DNA of 20,909 nucleotides. It comes from an uncultured Candidatus Poseidoniales archaeon (GTDB taxonomy: Archaea > Thermoplasmatota > Poseidoniia > Poseidoniales > Thalassarchaeaceae). A program made the translations under genes and the position numbers. Below, piece by piece: positions 1 through 8,547 of this stretch (the first letter of the stretch is position 1; each line of letters begins with the position of its first letter). The notes under the pieces were generated by a model. The model was not told the origin of the DNA, did no database searches, and saw nothing but the letters and a program-made list of their open reading frames with translations. The stretch lies in the NCBI GenBank assembly GCA_964645485.1, contig CAZXZO010000028.1, positions 1 through 20,909 on the forward strand. The letters are read 5' to 3'.

Positions 1-3000
1 CTTGGTGGTTCTGGAGCCGCTGGAATCTGCATTGAAGTGCTGGCGGATGGCAAAGTATTGGCCGCTGTTGGTGCTGGTGGAGGAGTATAACTGACTTCAG
101 CGATTTGTGAGGTTGTACCTGCAGTTGTGATCAATTCGGCACCATCCGGAGGTGGAGGTGGTGCAGTACCATGCTCTTGCCAAGAGCGCGAGATTTCAGC
201 CGCACGGTTAGTTCTCGACTCATCGTCTTCATCTTCATATTCTTCTTCATATTCCTCATATTCATCGTTATTACGGAATTTGAGAATAACGATTACAAAA
301 ACCATCACAAACATCATTGCAATCAATGCACCTAGACCAATTCCTGCTGCTAAGCCACCATCTGATGACGCTGAATTAGATGTGTCAACCATGTGTGATT
401 TGTTCCACCTTGCAGGGTCAGCAGGGAAAAGGTCGGCACCTTGAGATGTATTCCAGGGATTTGGTGACAGTGTGTCCATTGGGTCGGACCAACCATCAGT
501 ATCGGTATCGGGACAACCTAGTCTATCGTGTTCAGAATCTCCACGAATCGTTGGACAGGCATCACCATTCATTCCATTTGGTTCATCACCAAATCCATCA
601 CGGTCAGTATCACGCCATTGGGTCGGATCATCTTTGAAAATGTCGTAATCATCTGACCACCCATCTCCATCACTATCTAGACAACCAAATCGGTCTTGCC
701 ACGAGTCCCCCGCCTCTTCTGGGCAATCATCCCATGGTTCTGCCCCGTTGGTAGCATTCTCATCTTCCCAGCCATCAGCATCCCAATCAAGTGGGTGTTT
801 GTCAGAGTTTGTCGCGCCTGGTATGAATTCTCCTGGCCAATGTGGTTTCCGGGTTTCATTCCAATGTGGATTAGCCCAATTATCTCCTTGACCATCGCCA
901 TCACTATCGGACCACTGTGACCAATCTGAAGGGAATGAGTCGCCATCATCCGAAGCCCCATCGCCATCAACATCAGGGCACCCAAGCCGGTCCCGCCATG
1001 AGTCGCCCCACACTTCTGGGCATGCATCACCGTTGTTGCCACTCAAATTATCGCCAAAGCCGTCACCATCAACATCTGTTTGTTGAGTTTCATCTAGTGG
1101 GAATGTGTCGGGATTGTTTCCATCTTGATTATCTCCCCAACCATCACCATCTTGGTCTTGATATTGAGTTTCGTCAAATGGTAAATAATCGCTTTGAGTT
1201 GAGCCTGCAGAGTGGTTATCTCCCCAACCGTCCTTATCAGTATCTTGATGTTGAGTCGGATTGTTGATGAAATCATCAGTCACGTCTGACCAACCATCAC
1301 CATCGGTATCTGGACAACCAGGATTGTCATATGTGTCTACTCCCGGAATTGTTGGGCAATAATCCATATTCATTGCTCCAAACACAAATCCACCCAAACC
1401 AAGACTTTGGTATGTTGGAGTCAAACTTTCATCATCCCAATTATCACCGAATTGGTCGCCATCACTATCATTCCATTGAGTTGGTTCTGTTGGGAATGCA
1501 TCTCGGCCGTTCGACCAGCCATCACTATCGCTGTCTTCACAACCTAGTAAATCAATTGTTGAAGTGCCCGAAATTGTTGTGCAATTATCGGCCTCAAATC
1601 CATCTGGATTGTCACCGTAGCCATCACCATCCGTGTCACGCCATTGAGTTGGTTCGTTTTCATGCGAATCATCCACATTAGCGTAGCCATCCCCATCAGC
1701 GTCCGGACAGCCGACATATGGTGAAACCGTTGCATTACCCCATACTAATGGGCAATCATCTTCCTCGTTAGCAACTCGGTCATCATCATCATCCTCGATG
1801 AGTCCTTTCCAAACAAAGACGTCAAAATCCCCAGCGCTGACGATATCATCTGAACCAAATTCTGCTGGACTACTACTAGTTCCCTTGAATCTGCCAGCAG
1901 TGTGAGTAATGTTTTGAGAATCAACATCTATTGCCCATGCACGATCGCCACCACTAGGTCCACCAGCGACAAAGACGTCTTCCCATTCACCAGTCGCTGC
2001 TGAGGAAACCGCCACGAAAGCATCAGATGCACCACTTGTGTTAGCCATCCTAGTTGTTGCAGAATTCTCAAAAGTAGTCATTCCAGCAATTTGACCAGCG
2101 GTAAATACCGCGCTTTCATCCGGAGAAAGTACAATGGAGAATCCCATATCGTCTGATGACCCTCCGCCTTTCTGAGCCCAATCCCAAGTGCCATCGGTAA
2201 CAATTTTCCCAGCCCAAACATCTGTGCCTCCAGAGTTTGCAGTTAAACGGTCGTTTCCGTAACTTGCCAGCACTCCGTCAAATTCACCAACAGCGTATAC
2301 AGAATCTTGTGAATCTGCAATCAAATTTCGTACAACATCCTGACCAGTGCCCCCACCAGAAGTAGTCCATTGCACATCACCGCCATCAGTTACTTGCATA
2401 ACCCAAACATCTTGAGAACCTCCGCTCGAAGAGATGGTTGCTCCACCGGGGAAATCAACTGTACCAGCGAAATTACCGGCAACATACCAGTAATTTCCAG
2501 TTGGAGAAGGTGCAATTGCAGTTGCTGTATCAAATTGTGAATCACCACCCCATGCTGCGGTTGAACTCCAAGCACCATTGGATTCTAGGAAACCAAGCCA
2601 TACATCTGAAGTCCCTTGAGTACTCTCATAGTACCATTCACCCTGAGCATCTGTATAAGCCCAAAGTTTCCCATTATAGGAACCAGAAACTGTAAGTGAA
2701 TTATTGAAAAATTTGATGTCAGTTGGCATGACTTGACCCATTTGTTCTTCGTAAGACCATGTAGTTTGGTCCAAAATTTCAATTTTCTTAGAGGTTTCAG
2801 CCCATTGGAAGTTTCCATTGCTGTCCAACTTAGTGATGAATACATCGTAACTTGATTGAGTGTGGGCCCCAAGAGTTGTAGAGCCAAGAGTTACCGACGG
2901 GCTATTTGTTGATTGAGAATCCATGAAAGGACCTACGACATACACATTTCCTTGTGGGTCGATATCAATACCAAGCCCCCAATCTTCGTATCCTCCAGCA

Positions 3001-3347
3001 ATGTGAGAAGCCCAGACCCAATTTCCTGAAGAGTCCATTTTTGCTACAAAGCCGTCTAGGCCACCCATTGAGTTGAGAATTGTATTACCAAAAGTTGCCG
3101 AACCAGAGAAAGAGCCGGTGACAAATGTGTTACCTGACGAGTCTAAGACCATGTCCCAAACCATGTCTGAGCCCGCGCCACCTGCCGGCGTTGCCCAGAT
3201 GTCAGCGGGTGAGGATTTTTCAGCGAAATTGATTTGAAATTGAGGGCTAGAATCTAAGTTGGTTGCTGCAAAATTGTGACTAATTCCCAACGTCAAAGAC
3301 AGCAACGTCACGGCAACAACGACTAGTACCGACTTCCTGCCCATCAT
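1..3347 (-). CDS. Large membrane-anchored surface protein: N-terminal signal/anchor, ~7-bladed beta-propeller (SBBP-like), many thrombospondin type-3-like (DxDGDG) Ca-binding repeats, TM helix, acidic and Pro-rich tail; C-terminus runs off the window
   Basis: Not in the ORF track (no stop in window). Hand translation from ATG at 3347 stays in one frame to base 3: MMGRKSVLVVVAVTLLSLTLGISH (hydrophobic leader). Blade repeats include GGAGSDMVWDMVLDSSGNTFVTG, GGYEDWGLGIDIDPQGNVYVVG and GGGSSDDMGFSIVLSPD. From ~1800 to ~420 are repeats such as GCPDADGDGYA, PTQWRDTDGDGYGDN and GCPDTDGDGWSD. TM GLAAGIGLGALIAMMFVMVFVIVIL lies at ~283-360, followed by EYEEYEEEYEEDDDE and PPPPP. At least 1115 aa. Confidence 0.9.
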   Translation of the reverse strand, partial: MMGRKSVLVVVAVTLLSLTLGISHNFAATNLDSSPQFQINFAEKSSPADIWATPAGGAGSDMVWDMVLDSSGNTFVTGSFSGSATFGNTILNSMGGLDGFVAKMDSSGNWVWASHIAGGYEDWGLGIDIDPQGNVYVVGPFMDSQSTNSPSVTLGSTTLGAHTQSSYDVFITKLDSNGNFQWAETSKKIEILDQTTWSYEEQMGQVMPTDIKFFNNSLTVSGSYNGKLWAYTDAQGEWYYESTQGTSDVWLGFLESNGAWSSTAAWGGDSQFDTATAIAPSPTGNYWYVAGNFAGTVDFPGGATISSSGGSQDVWVMQVTDGGDVQWTTSGGGTGQDVVRNLIADSQDSVYAVGEFDGVLASYGNDRLTANSGGTDVWAGKIVTDGTWDWAQKGGGSSDDMGFSIVLSPDESAVFTAGQIAGMTTFENSATTRMANTSGASDAFVAVSSAATGEWEDVFVAGGPSGGDRAWAIDVDSQNITHTAGRFKGTSSSPAEFGSDDIVSAGDFDVFVWKGLIEDDDDDRVANEEDDCPLVWGNATVSPYVGCPDADGDGYANVDDSHENEPTQWRDTDGDGYGDNPDGFEADNCTTISGTSTIDLLGCEDSDSDGWSNGRDAFPTEPTQWNDSDGDQFGDNWDDESLTPTYQSLGLGGFVFGAMNMDYCPTIPGVDTYDNPGCPDTDGDGWSDVTDDFINNPTQHQDTDKDGWGDNHSAGSTQSDYLPFDETQYQDQDGDGWGDNQDGNNPDTFPLDETQQTDVDGDGFGDNLSGNNGDACPEVWGDSWRDRLGCPDVDGDGASDDGDSFPSDWSQWSDSDGDGQGDNWANPHWNETRKPHWPGEFIPGATNSDKHPLDWDADGWEDENATNGAEPWDDCPEEAGDSWQDRFGCLDSDGDGWSDDYDIFKDDPTQWRDTDRDGFGDEPNGMNGDACPTIRGDSEHDRLGCPDTDTDGWSDPMDTLSPNPWNTSQGADLFPADPARWNKSHMVDTSNSASSDGGLAAGIGLGALIAMMFVMVFVIVILKFRNNDEYEEYEEEYEDEDDESRTNRAAEISRSWQEHGTAPPPPPDGAELITTAGTTSQIAEVSYTPPPAPTAANTLPSASTSMQIPAAPEPP
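420..1800 (-). repeat. Coding tandem repeat region (TSP3-like DxDGDG Ca-binding repeats) inside the surface protein
   Basis: Recurrent top-strand motifs such as accatc/gccatc/tcacc correspond to repeated D-G-D-G and GCPD/TQW units in the minus-strand frame. Repeats are degenerate at DNA level. Confidence 0.85.
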
Positions 3348-3376
3348 GTTCGCACGAATGCGCTTGCATTTTATTG

Positions 3377-3394
3377 TCACCCCGTAAGGGGTGA
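3377..3394. other. Perfect intergenic inverted repeat TCACCCC-GTAA-GGGGTGA (possible terminator hairpin or operator)
   Basis: 7-bp perfect stem with 4-nt loop, between the methyltransferase stop (3414) and the surface protein start (3347). Confidence 0.5.
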
Positions 3395-3413
3395 TTTGTT
3401 TCATGTTGCAAAA

Positions 3414-4238
3414 TTATGCTCTTGAACGCCTTGAAATAAATGAGCCATAGGAGATTAGTCCATCATCCATGGCTGTTAAAGTTGAATTAACAACTTCATT
3501 AAAATCATCCTCAAGAGCACCTAATCCTAATTCTGACAGGGAAAGACCCCCCGTTCTTTGTAGCAGGCGAAATCCCACCATTGCTCGACCCAATTTTTTG
3601 CGATTTGCCTTCATTATTTGACGCTCTTCTCTAGCCTCAATTATATCAAATCCATTTGCCTCAATTAGATTCACCCAACCGTCCATTGAACGGTCTTCAT
3701 CCTGACCAAAGATTGTGTCTAAAAATCGGTTGACATTTTCATCTAAAAGTGAAGAATTGGTTACCACCAATTCGGAGTTCATCAGGATTCCATTGTCAGA
3801 TAATAATCGATGAGTCTCACCTAGAATTTGACTAGGATTTCTATCAACTGAAAGACGTGATTCGGTCAATAAATGGGTTGCCCAAGCATCGGTCAGAGGA
3901 GTTTTGTTTAGTGGAGCACATTCAAAATTTAGAGATTCTCTTTTCCATTCGGTTAGTGCCGCTCCAATCAAATTAGGTGACGAGTCAATACCTGAAATAG
4001 TGCATCCAAATTTAGATGATACGATAGACGAAACAGTGCCGGGACCACAACCAAGATGAATAAGTTGAGAGGTCTTTGAGACACCACCACGCTTACACAA
4101 ATCAATTGCTAAATTAGAATTAGAAGGGAAGGCATCTCCGAAATATCGGCGGAAAAGTGGCAAGCTTCTCACCCCATCCATGGGTGAGCCGGAGCGCTCT
4201 CGCCTCATCAATGTCATTACTGATTCGCTTATTGTCAA
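3414..4238 (-). CDS. Class I SAM-dependent methyltransferase-like protein (Methyltransf_11/25-like), divergent
   Basis: Motif I-like LIHLGCGPG, post-I ISGIDSS, and ILGETHRLLSDNGILM matching the usual 'l.E..RvLkPGG' segment. The track start is TTG 4238; ATG alternatives are at 4217, 4208 and 4181. Confidence 0.7.
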   Translation of the reverse strand: MTISESVMTLMRRERSGSPMDGVRSLPLFRRYFGDAFPSNSNLAIDLCKRGGVSKTSQLIHLGCGPGTVSSIVSSKFGCTISGIDSSPNLIGAALTEWKRESLNFECAPLNKTPLTDAWATHLLTESRLSVDRNPSQILGETHRLLSDNGILMNSELVVTNSSLLDENVNRFLDTIFGQDEDRSMDGWVNLIEANGFDIIEAREERQIMKANRKKLGRAMVGFRLLQRTGGLSLSELGLGALEDDFNEVVNSTLTAMDDGLISYGSFISRRSRA

Positions 4239-4261
4239 ATTGAGTGAGCAATGTAGATGAA

Positions 4262-5224
4262 TTATTCATCAGCAATGCGTTTTTGAGCAAGGTCACAGTA
4301 TTCTTGACTAATGTCAAACAGGAGATATTTGCGGCCATTTTCTTTGGCGGCAATCCCGGTTTGTCCTGATCCTGCAAATGGGTCAAGGATAACATCCCCA
4401 GTAAAAGAATACAATTCGATGCACCGGCGCGGAAGTTCAACCGGAAACGGGGCCGGATGTCCAACCCGCTTGGCACTAACCGTTGGGAAAGTCCAAACTG
4501 ATTTAGTCCAATCAATAAATTCACGCTTGCCGATGCTATCCTCACGGCCCTCCTCTTTTTCCCCACGTGAGCGAGGCAACTTGTAACCACCCTTCGAAAA
4601 CACCAAAATGTATTCGTGAACATCTCTCAAGGTGGGGTTGGAAGCAGATTTCCATGAACCCCATGCACAAGATACGCCTGCGCTAGCAGCCTTGTTCCAA
4701 ATGATTTCACCGCGCGGCAAAAATCCAATCTCAATCATAATTTGATTGATGAAAGACGAAAGAGGAATATACGGCTTTCGGCCTAAATTTGCAACATTAA
4801 TGCATGCCCGGCCACCAGGCACTAGCACGCGGTAGCACTCGTCAAACACCCCTCTCAAGAGGTTGAGATACTCGGAAAGTGCCAAGTCTTTGTCATAAGT
4901 TTTTGATGCGTTGTACGGAGGTGAGGTGACCATCATGTGAACAGAATTATCTGGAACCTCTCTCATGTTTGTAGAATCTCCACACACTACACGATTAACT
5001 AATTCATCAGGCAGAACACCCAAATCTCCGGTATCAGACTCTTTTGGCAGGCCACGATACATTGCTGAGCCATAAAATTCAGCGGAGTCGTGGCTTTCTC
5101 TTTTTGAAACACCAAATGAAGAGGTCTTGGTTCCATTGCGTTTGCCACTACCTATTCGTGGTACTGCGCGCGCGTCGTCTGTTTTTTCGTCAGCATTCGC
5201 CTTACTATTTCCATTGCGTGGCAT
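4262..5224 (-). CDS. Site-specific DNA methyltransferase, N6_N4_Mtase family, beta motif order, probably N4-cytosine
   Basis: Catalytic motif IV VTSPPY precedes the SAM-binding motif I ILDPFAGSGQT. Also HPAPFPVELPRRCI, EIIWNK and HEYILVF, all typical of beta-class amino-MTases. Confidence 0.92.
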   Translation of the reverse strand: MPRNGNSKANADEKTDDARAVPRIGSGKRNGTKTSSFGVSKRESHDSAEFYGSAMYRGLPKESDTGDLGVLPDELVNRVVCGDSTNMREVPDNSVHMMVTSPPYNASKTYDKDLALSEYLNLLRGVFDECYRVLVPGGRACINVANLGRKPYIPLSSFINQIMIEIGFLPRGEIIWNKAASAGVSCAWGSWKSASNPTLRDVHEYILVFSKGGYKLPRSRGEKEEGREDSIGKREFIDWTKSVWTFPTVSAKRVGHPAPFPVELPRRCIELYSFTGDVILDPFAGSGQTGIAAKENGRKYLLFDISQEYCDLAQKRIADE

Positions 5225-5362
5225 CCCAACCCCGCTACGCGCGAGGTTTGCTGTCCATTCTTATAGAGTTCGCAAGGTAGTCGATTTGCTGAATTAATCA
5301 ACCTAGATTTTGTCTATTCCAAGACCGTTTCAGTAAAAGGTAAGCGTCAAGTCGGCCAACCA

Positions 5363-6598
5363 ATGGCCTCGCTCCTCAGCCTGAGTGATGCAGACCTTTC
5401 TGGGAAGACTGTGCTTGTCAGAGTTGATGTCAATTCACCTCTAAATCCTGTAACAGGAGAGTTCCTTGATGATGCGCGGTTGAGGGCAATTTTACCCACC
5501 ATTAGGCGGCTTGGGAGTTCAAAAGTGGTACTTTTGGCCCACCAAAGTAGACCTGGTAAAGATGACTTCACCTCTATGGAGAGGCATGCAGTATTGTTGG
5601 GAGTTTTGCTTGGCAGAAATATTGACTTCATCCCCGATGTCTGTGGAGAAGCCGCACTGAATGCAATCCAGAATATGAAAAATGGAGAAATGCTCTTCTT
5701 AGACAATGTAAGAGGTTGGGAAGAAGAAATTTCCATGAAAAAGGCGTCTCTTGAGGAATTATCCAAATCCGAAATAGTTCAGAAACTTGCCGGAGTTGCT
5801 GATGCTTTTGTTTACGATGCATTCGCTTGCGCTCACAGAAATTCGCCTACAATCTGCGGTTTTGGCCCCGTTCTCCCATCCTATTCTGGAGTTTTAGTCC
5901 AAAGGGAAATAGATGCACTTGGTGGAGTTGTAGATAATCCACCTCGACCACATGTGGTGATTCTTGGTGGGGTCAAGTGTGATGATTCACTTGATATCGC
6001 AGTCAATCTTCTAAATCGGGATGTTGCTGACACAATTATTCCAGTAGGTGTTGTTGGAAATCTAATGTTATGGGCCAAAGGAATATCGTTAGGTTATGAA
6101 AATGAAAATTACATTCGTGGAACTCTCGGCGATGCTTTCGAAAGAACTTGGGACATGGCTGAGTGGGTGGTTGAGAACCATCTCAACAAACTGATTTTAC
6201 CAACAGACTTAGCAATTGAAATCGATTCTCAGCGAGTTCCTCTCTCAGTCCAAGAATTACCTACCAAATATCCAATCTACGATATTGGAATTGAAACATT
6301 GATGTCAATCAGGCCTGCAATTATGGAAGCAAAATGTGTGCTATGGAATGGGCCAGCATCATATTTTGAAAAGCCTCAATTCGCATTTGGCACGATTGAA
6401 GTCCTAAACACCTGTGTAGAAACAGATGCATTCGTTATCATTGGCGGTGGCCATACAGGAACCCTAGTGAACCAACGTGGTGTTGAAGATAAAATTGGCC
6501 ACAACAGCACTGGTGGAGGCTCCTGCCTAACTTTCCTTGCTGGCAAGCCAATGCCTGCATTGGAATCTCTAGAGGCTTCTGCAAAAAAATTCGCTTGA
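5363..6598 (+). CDS. pgk: Phosphoglycerate kinase (archaeal type)
   Basis: VLVRVDVNSP, LAHQSRPG, FLDNVR, DAFACAHR, LGGVK, LWNGP, IGGGHT and HNSTGGGS motifs; 411 aa. Confidence 0.96.
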   Translation: MASLLSLSDADLSGKTVLVRVDVNSPLNPVTGEFLDDARLRAILPTIRRLGSSKVVLLAHQSRPGKDDFTSMERHAVLLGVLLGRNIDFIPDVCGEAALNAIQNMKNGEMLFLDNVRGWEEEISMKKASLEELSKSEIVQKLAGVADAFVYDAFACAHRNSPTICGFGPVLPSYSGVLVQREIDALGGVVDNPPRPHVVILGGVKCDDSLDIAVNLLNRDVADTIIPVGVVGNLMLWAKGISLGYENENYIRGTLGDAFERTWDMAEWVVENHLNKLILPTDLAIEIDSQRVPLSVQELPTKYPIYDIGIETLMSIRPAIMEAKCVLWNGPASYFEKPQFAFGTIEVLNTCVETDAFVIIGGGHTGTLVNQRGVEDKIGHNSTGGGSCLTFLAGKPMPALESLEASAKKFA

Positions 6599-6618
6599 AT
6601 GCAGTTCAATGCCGCAAT

Positions 6619-7125
6619 TCATGGTTTCAATAACGATGAGAGATATGAATCTTTGACCATCCTTCTTGAGGCGTTGGTAAACTCATCTAAATTAATATTG
6701 AAATCGTTTTCATAAATCTCTGCTTGCAGTCCCATATCCAATTTATCTAAGCCAGCAACAAATAGGCCTTCTGGCGTTGTTCTGTCCTCAAATTCTTGCC
6801 ATAAATTCTGCAATTCTTCTGACCTAGGATGACCATCTAATAATTGGGAAATCGCATTTTCTTCGGCAGCCCTTTTTCCGCCTTCTGGTTCAGGGTCGTA
6901 AGGAGTTAAGTCACCAACAATTACCTCTGCTAAATCATGAATTAATGCCAAGGTGAGCACCTTTTCCAAATTCAGATTTTCAGGACATGTCAATAGTCCA
7001 AGGAGAGCCATACCCCAACTGTGAGAAGCAACCGTTTCTGGATTTTCAATCGGAAATCTTGTCCAACCTGCCCTAACTACCTGCTTTAGGCGTAGGCATT
7101 CTAATAGCCTGTTTCTCTCGTTCAT
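6619..7125 (-). CDS. HD-domain phosphohydrolase, YfbR/HDDC2-like 5'-deoxynucleotidase family
   Basis: LKQVVRAGW, ETVASHSWGM, ALIHDLAEVIVGDLTP and DKLDM. Start chosen at ATG 7125 (GGAG upstream); ATG 7146 is an alternative. Confidence 0.9.
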   Translation of the reverse strand: MNERNRLLECLRLKQVVRAGWTRFPIENPETVASHSWGMALLGLLTCPENLNLEKVLTLALIHDLAEVIVGDLTPYDPEPEGGKRAAEENAISQLLDGHPRSEELQNLWQEFEDRTTPEGLFVAGLDKLDMGLQAEIYENDFNINLDEFTNASRRMVKDSYLSSLLKP

Positions 7126-7247
7126 GATTGTCGATTCTCCCGTCATGAAATTGGCCAATTCAGTTGCTTATTTAAGGATTGAAAAATGCTTTTTTTGATA
7201 TCTCTAACAAGCCAATGCATTAGGACGTCGCACCCTTCCGCCTTACT

Positions 7248-8495
7248 ATGGAGTGGGATGTCTCTGCCCTTGAGGGGCCAGAAGGGGCCGATTGGAGAGT
7301 TCCTACTGACGAATTAGCAAAACGACATCAACTGGTTGAAATTGCTCTTTTGGATGCAGGAATTGAGTCAATGCTGGTACACGACCCTGTTGACCTCTAT
7401 TGGTTGACAGGAGGTCGCCAGAATGGAATGCTTCTTGTTGGTGCAAAAGAATCCTCAGTTGATTCTGTTTTCTGGGTTCGCCATAGTCTTGACAGAGCAG
7501 TTTGGGAGGCGGGTGGTGCTGCGGCACCGTTTGAGTTGTCACCGTCACCGCGTGTCAAAAATCTCAATGATGAATTGAAACAACAGGGATGCACCACCAC
7601 TCCAGCAATGCAACATGGAAGACTACCTCATAATCAGGCTAAATTTTTCCAAGGTATAATCGGAGAATCTGCAGATTGTACCTCTTTAATTTGGAAACTT
7701 CGCGAAACAAAAAGCCAATGGGAACTCGAACAAATGCGAGCCAGTGGTGAAGTCAATCGTTGGATGTTTGAAGCGATTCTTGATGAAGGCGGCGAAGGAG
7801 TTTCCGAAATAGAACTCGCCGCCGCAGCAGACTCAGTAAGCAGAGCCGCTGGATTCGGCGGCCAAATTATGATGCGGAAATGGCCGATGAATTGCGACAG
7901 AGTTGTAATTGCAGCAGGCCATTCTGGCGCAGTCCCAACTTATTTTGATTCAGCAGTTGGTGGCACTGGACCTCATTCTTTTGCTGGCTTAGGAGCTGGA
8001 TTCCACCGCATCAAAACCGGTGAACCAGTATTAGTTGATATCGTACACTGCCACCGTGGTTATGTTTCAGACTGTACTAGAATGTTCAGTGTTGGACCAC
8101 TTGATAGTGAGTGGGTGGAAAGGCTTGAGGCCATGAAAGAAATAAGTGACGAGGTAGTAACTAGTTTAGCAAGAGGAGACCCTTGTGAATTGGCTTACGA
8201 AGCAGGAGTTACAATCGCTAGAGAGAGAGGGGAAAGTGGTCACTTGATGGGCATGCCACCTGACCAAGCGCGTTTCCTAGGACACTCCATTGGGCTTCAC
8301 TTAGACGAAACTCCAGTAGTTGCACAGGGATTTTCAAATCCACTTGAGATTGGAGGCACCATGGCAATTGAGCCAAAGGTGATTTACACAAATGGTGCAA
8401 TTGGAGTGGAAGATAGTTGGGTTAGAACCGAACATGGAATGGAATGCCTAACTGCTGGAGATGCAATTCCTCTTCACCAAGAATGGGATGCATGA
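7248..8495 (+). CDS. M24 family metallopeptidase (Xaa-Pro aminopeptidase/prolidase-like) with creatinase-like N-domain
   Basis: All five metal ligands are recognisable: LVDIV (D), GYVSDCTR (D), FLGHSIGL (H), AIEPK (E), GVEDS (E). DLYWLTG lies in the N-domain. Confidence 0.93.
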   Translation: MEWDVSALEGPEGADWRVPTDELAKRHQLVEIALLDAGIESMLVHDPVDLYWLTGGRQNGMLLVGAKESSVDSVFWVRHSLDRAVWEAGGAAAPFELSPSPRVKNLNDELKQQGCTTTPAMQHGRLPHNQAKFFQGIIGESADCTSLIWKLRETKSQWELEQMRASGEVNRWMFEAILDEGGEGVSEIELAAAADSVSRAAGFGGQIMMRKWPMNCDRVVIAAGHSGAVPTYFDSAVGGTGPHSFAGLGAGFHRIKTGEPVLVDIVHCHRGYVSDCTRMFSVGPLDSEWVERLEAMKEISDEVVTSLARGDPCELAYEAGVTIARERGESGHLMGMPPDQARFLGHSIGLHLDETPVVAQGFSNPLEIGGTMAIEPKVIYTNGAIGVEDSWVRTEHGMECLTAGDAIPLHQEWDA

Positions 8496-8547
8496 ACTCC
8501 CCATTCACGCCGTAGGGTTCATTGAGGACCGTGTTGCGCAGTGTGCC

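Noticed and set aside
219-266. Short tandem DNA repeats (tcttcatattc-like)
   Set aside because: Explained by the encoded EYEEYEEEYEEDDDE tract; not an independent repeat element or CRISPR.
420-1800. Periodic motifs that could suggest a CRISPR array
   Set aside because: The repeats are degenerate, in-frame and protein-coding, there are no identical 23-47 bp direct repeats, and no cas genes are present.
127-2887. About a dozen short ORFs in the track on both strands (e.g. 127-444, 677-1042, 917-1267, 1331-1681, 2585-2887)
   Set aside because: All are antisense or off-frame shadows of the long minus-strand surface-protein gene. Their His/Ser/Met-rich composition is what the DGDG repeats give in other frames.
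4120-4623. 167-aa minus-strand ORF overlapping both methyltransferase genes
   Set aside because: An alternative frame over two well-supported genes, with no recognisable motif; it does not look like a restriction endonuclease.
5347-6609. Antisense ORFs over pgk (5347-5766, 5628-5822, 5881-6078, 6376-6609)
   Set aside because: Shadow ORFs of a strongly supported gene.
7149-7160. Perfect 12-bp palindrome AATTGGCCAATT in the divergent HD/peptidase region
   Set aside because: A single short palindrome with no second copy seen; too weak to call an operator without comparative data.
8488-8547. In-frame upstream extension MHELPIHAVG resembling the HMfB N-terminus MELPIAPIG
   Set aside because: It overlaps the peptidase stop, and fold 1 already has its own helix 1 after Met 8548, so it is probably coincidental. 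Start-site proteomics would settle it.
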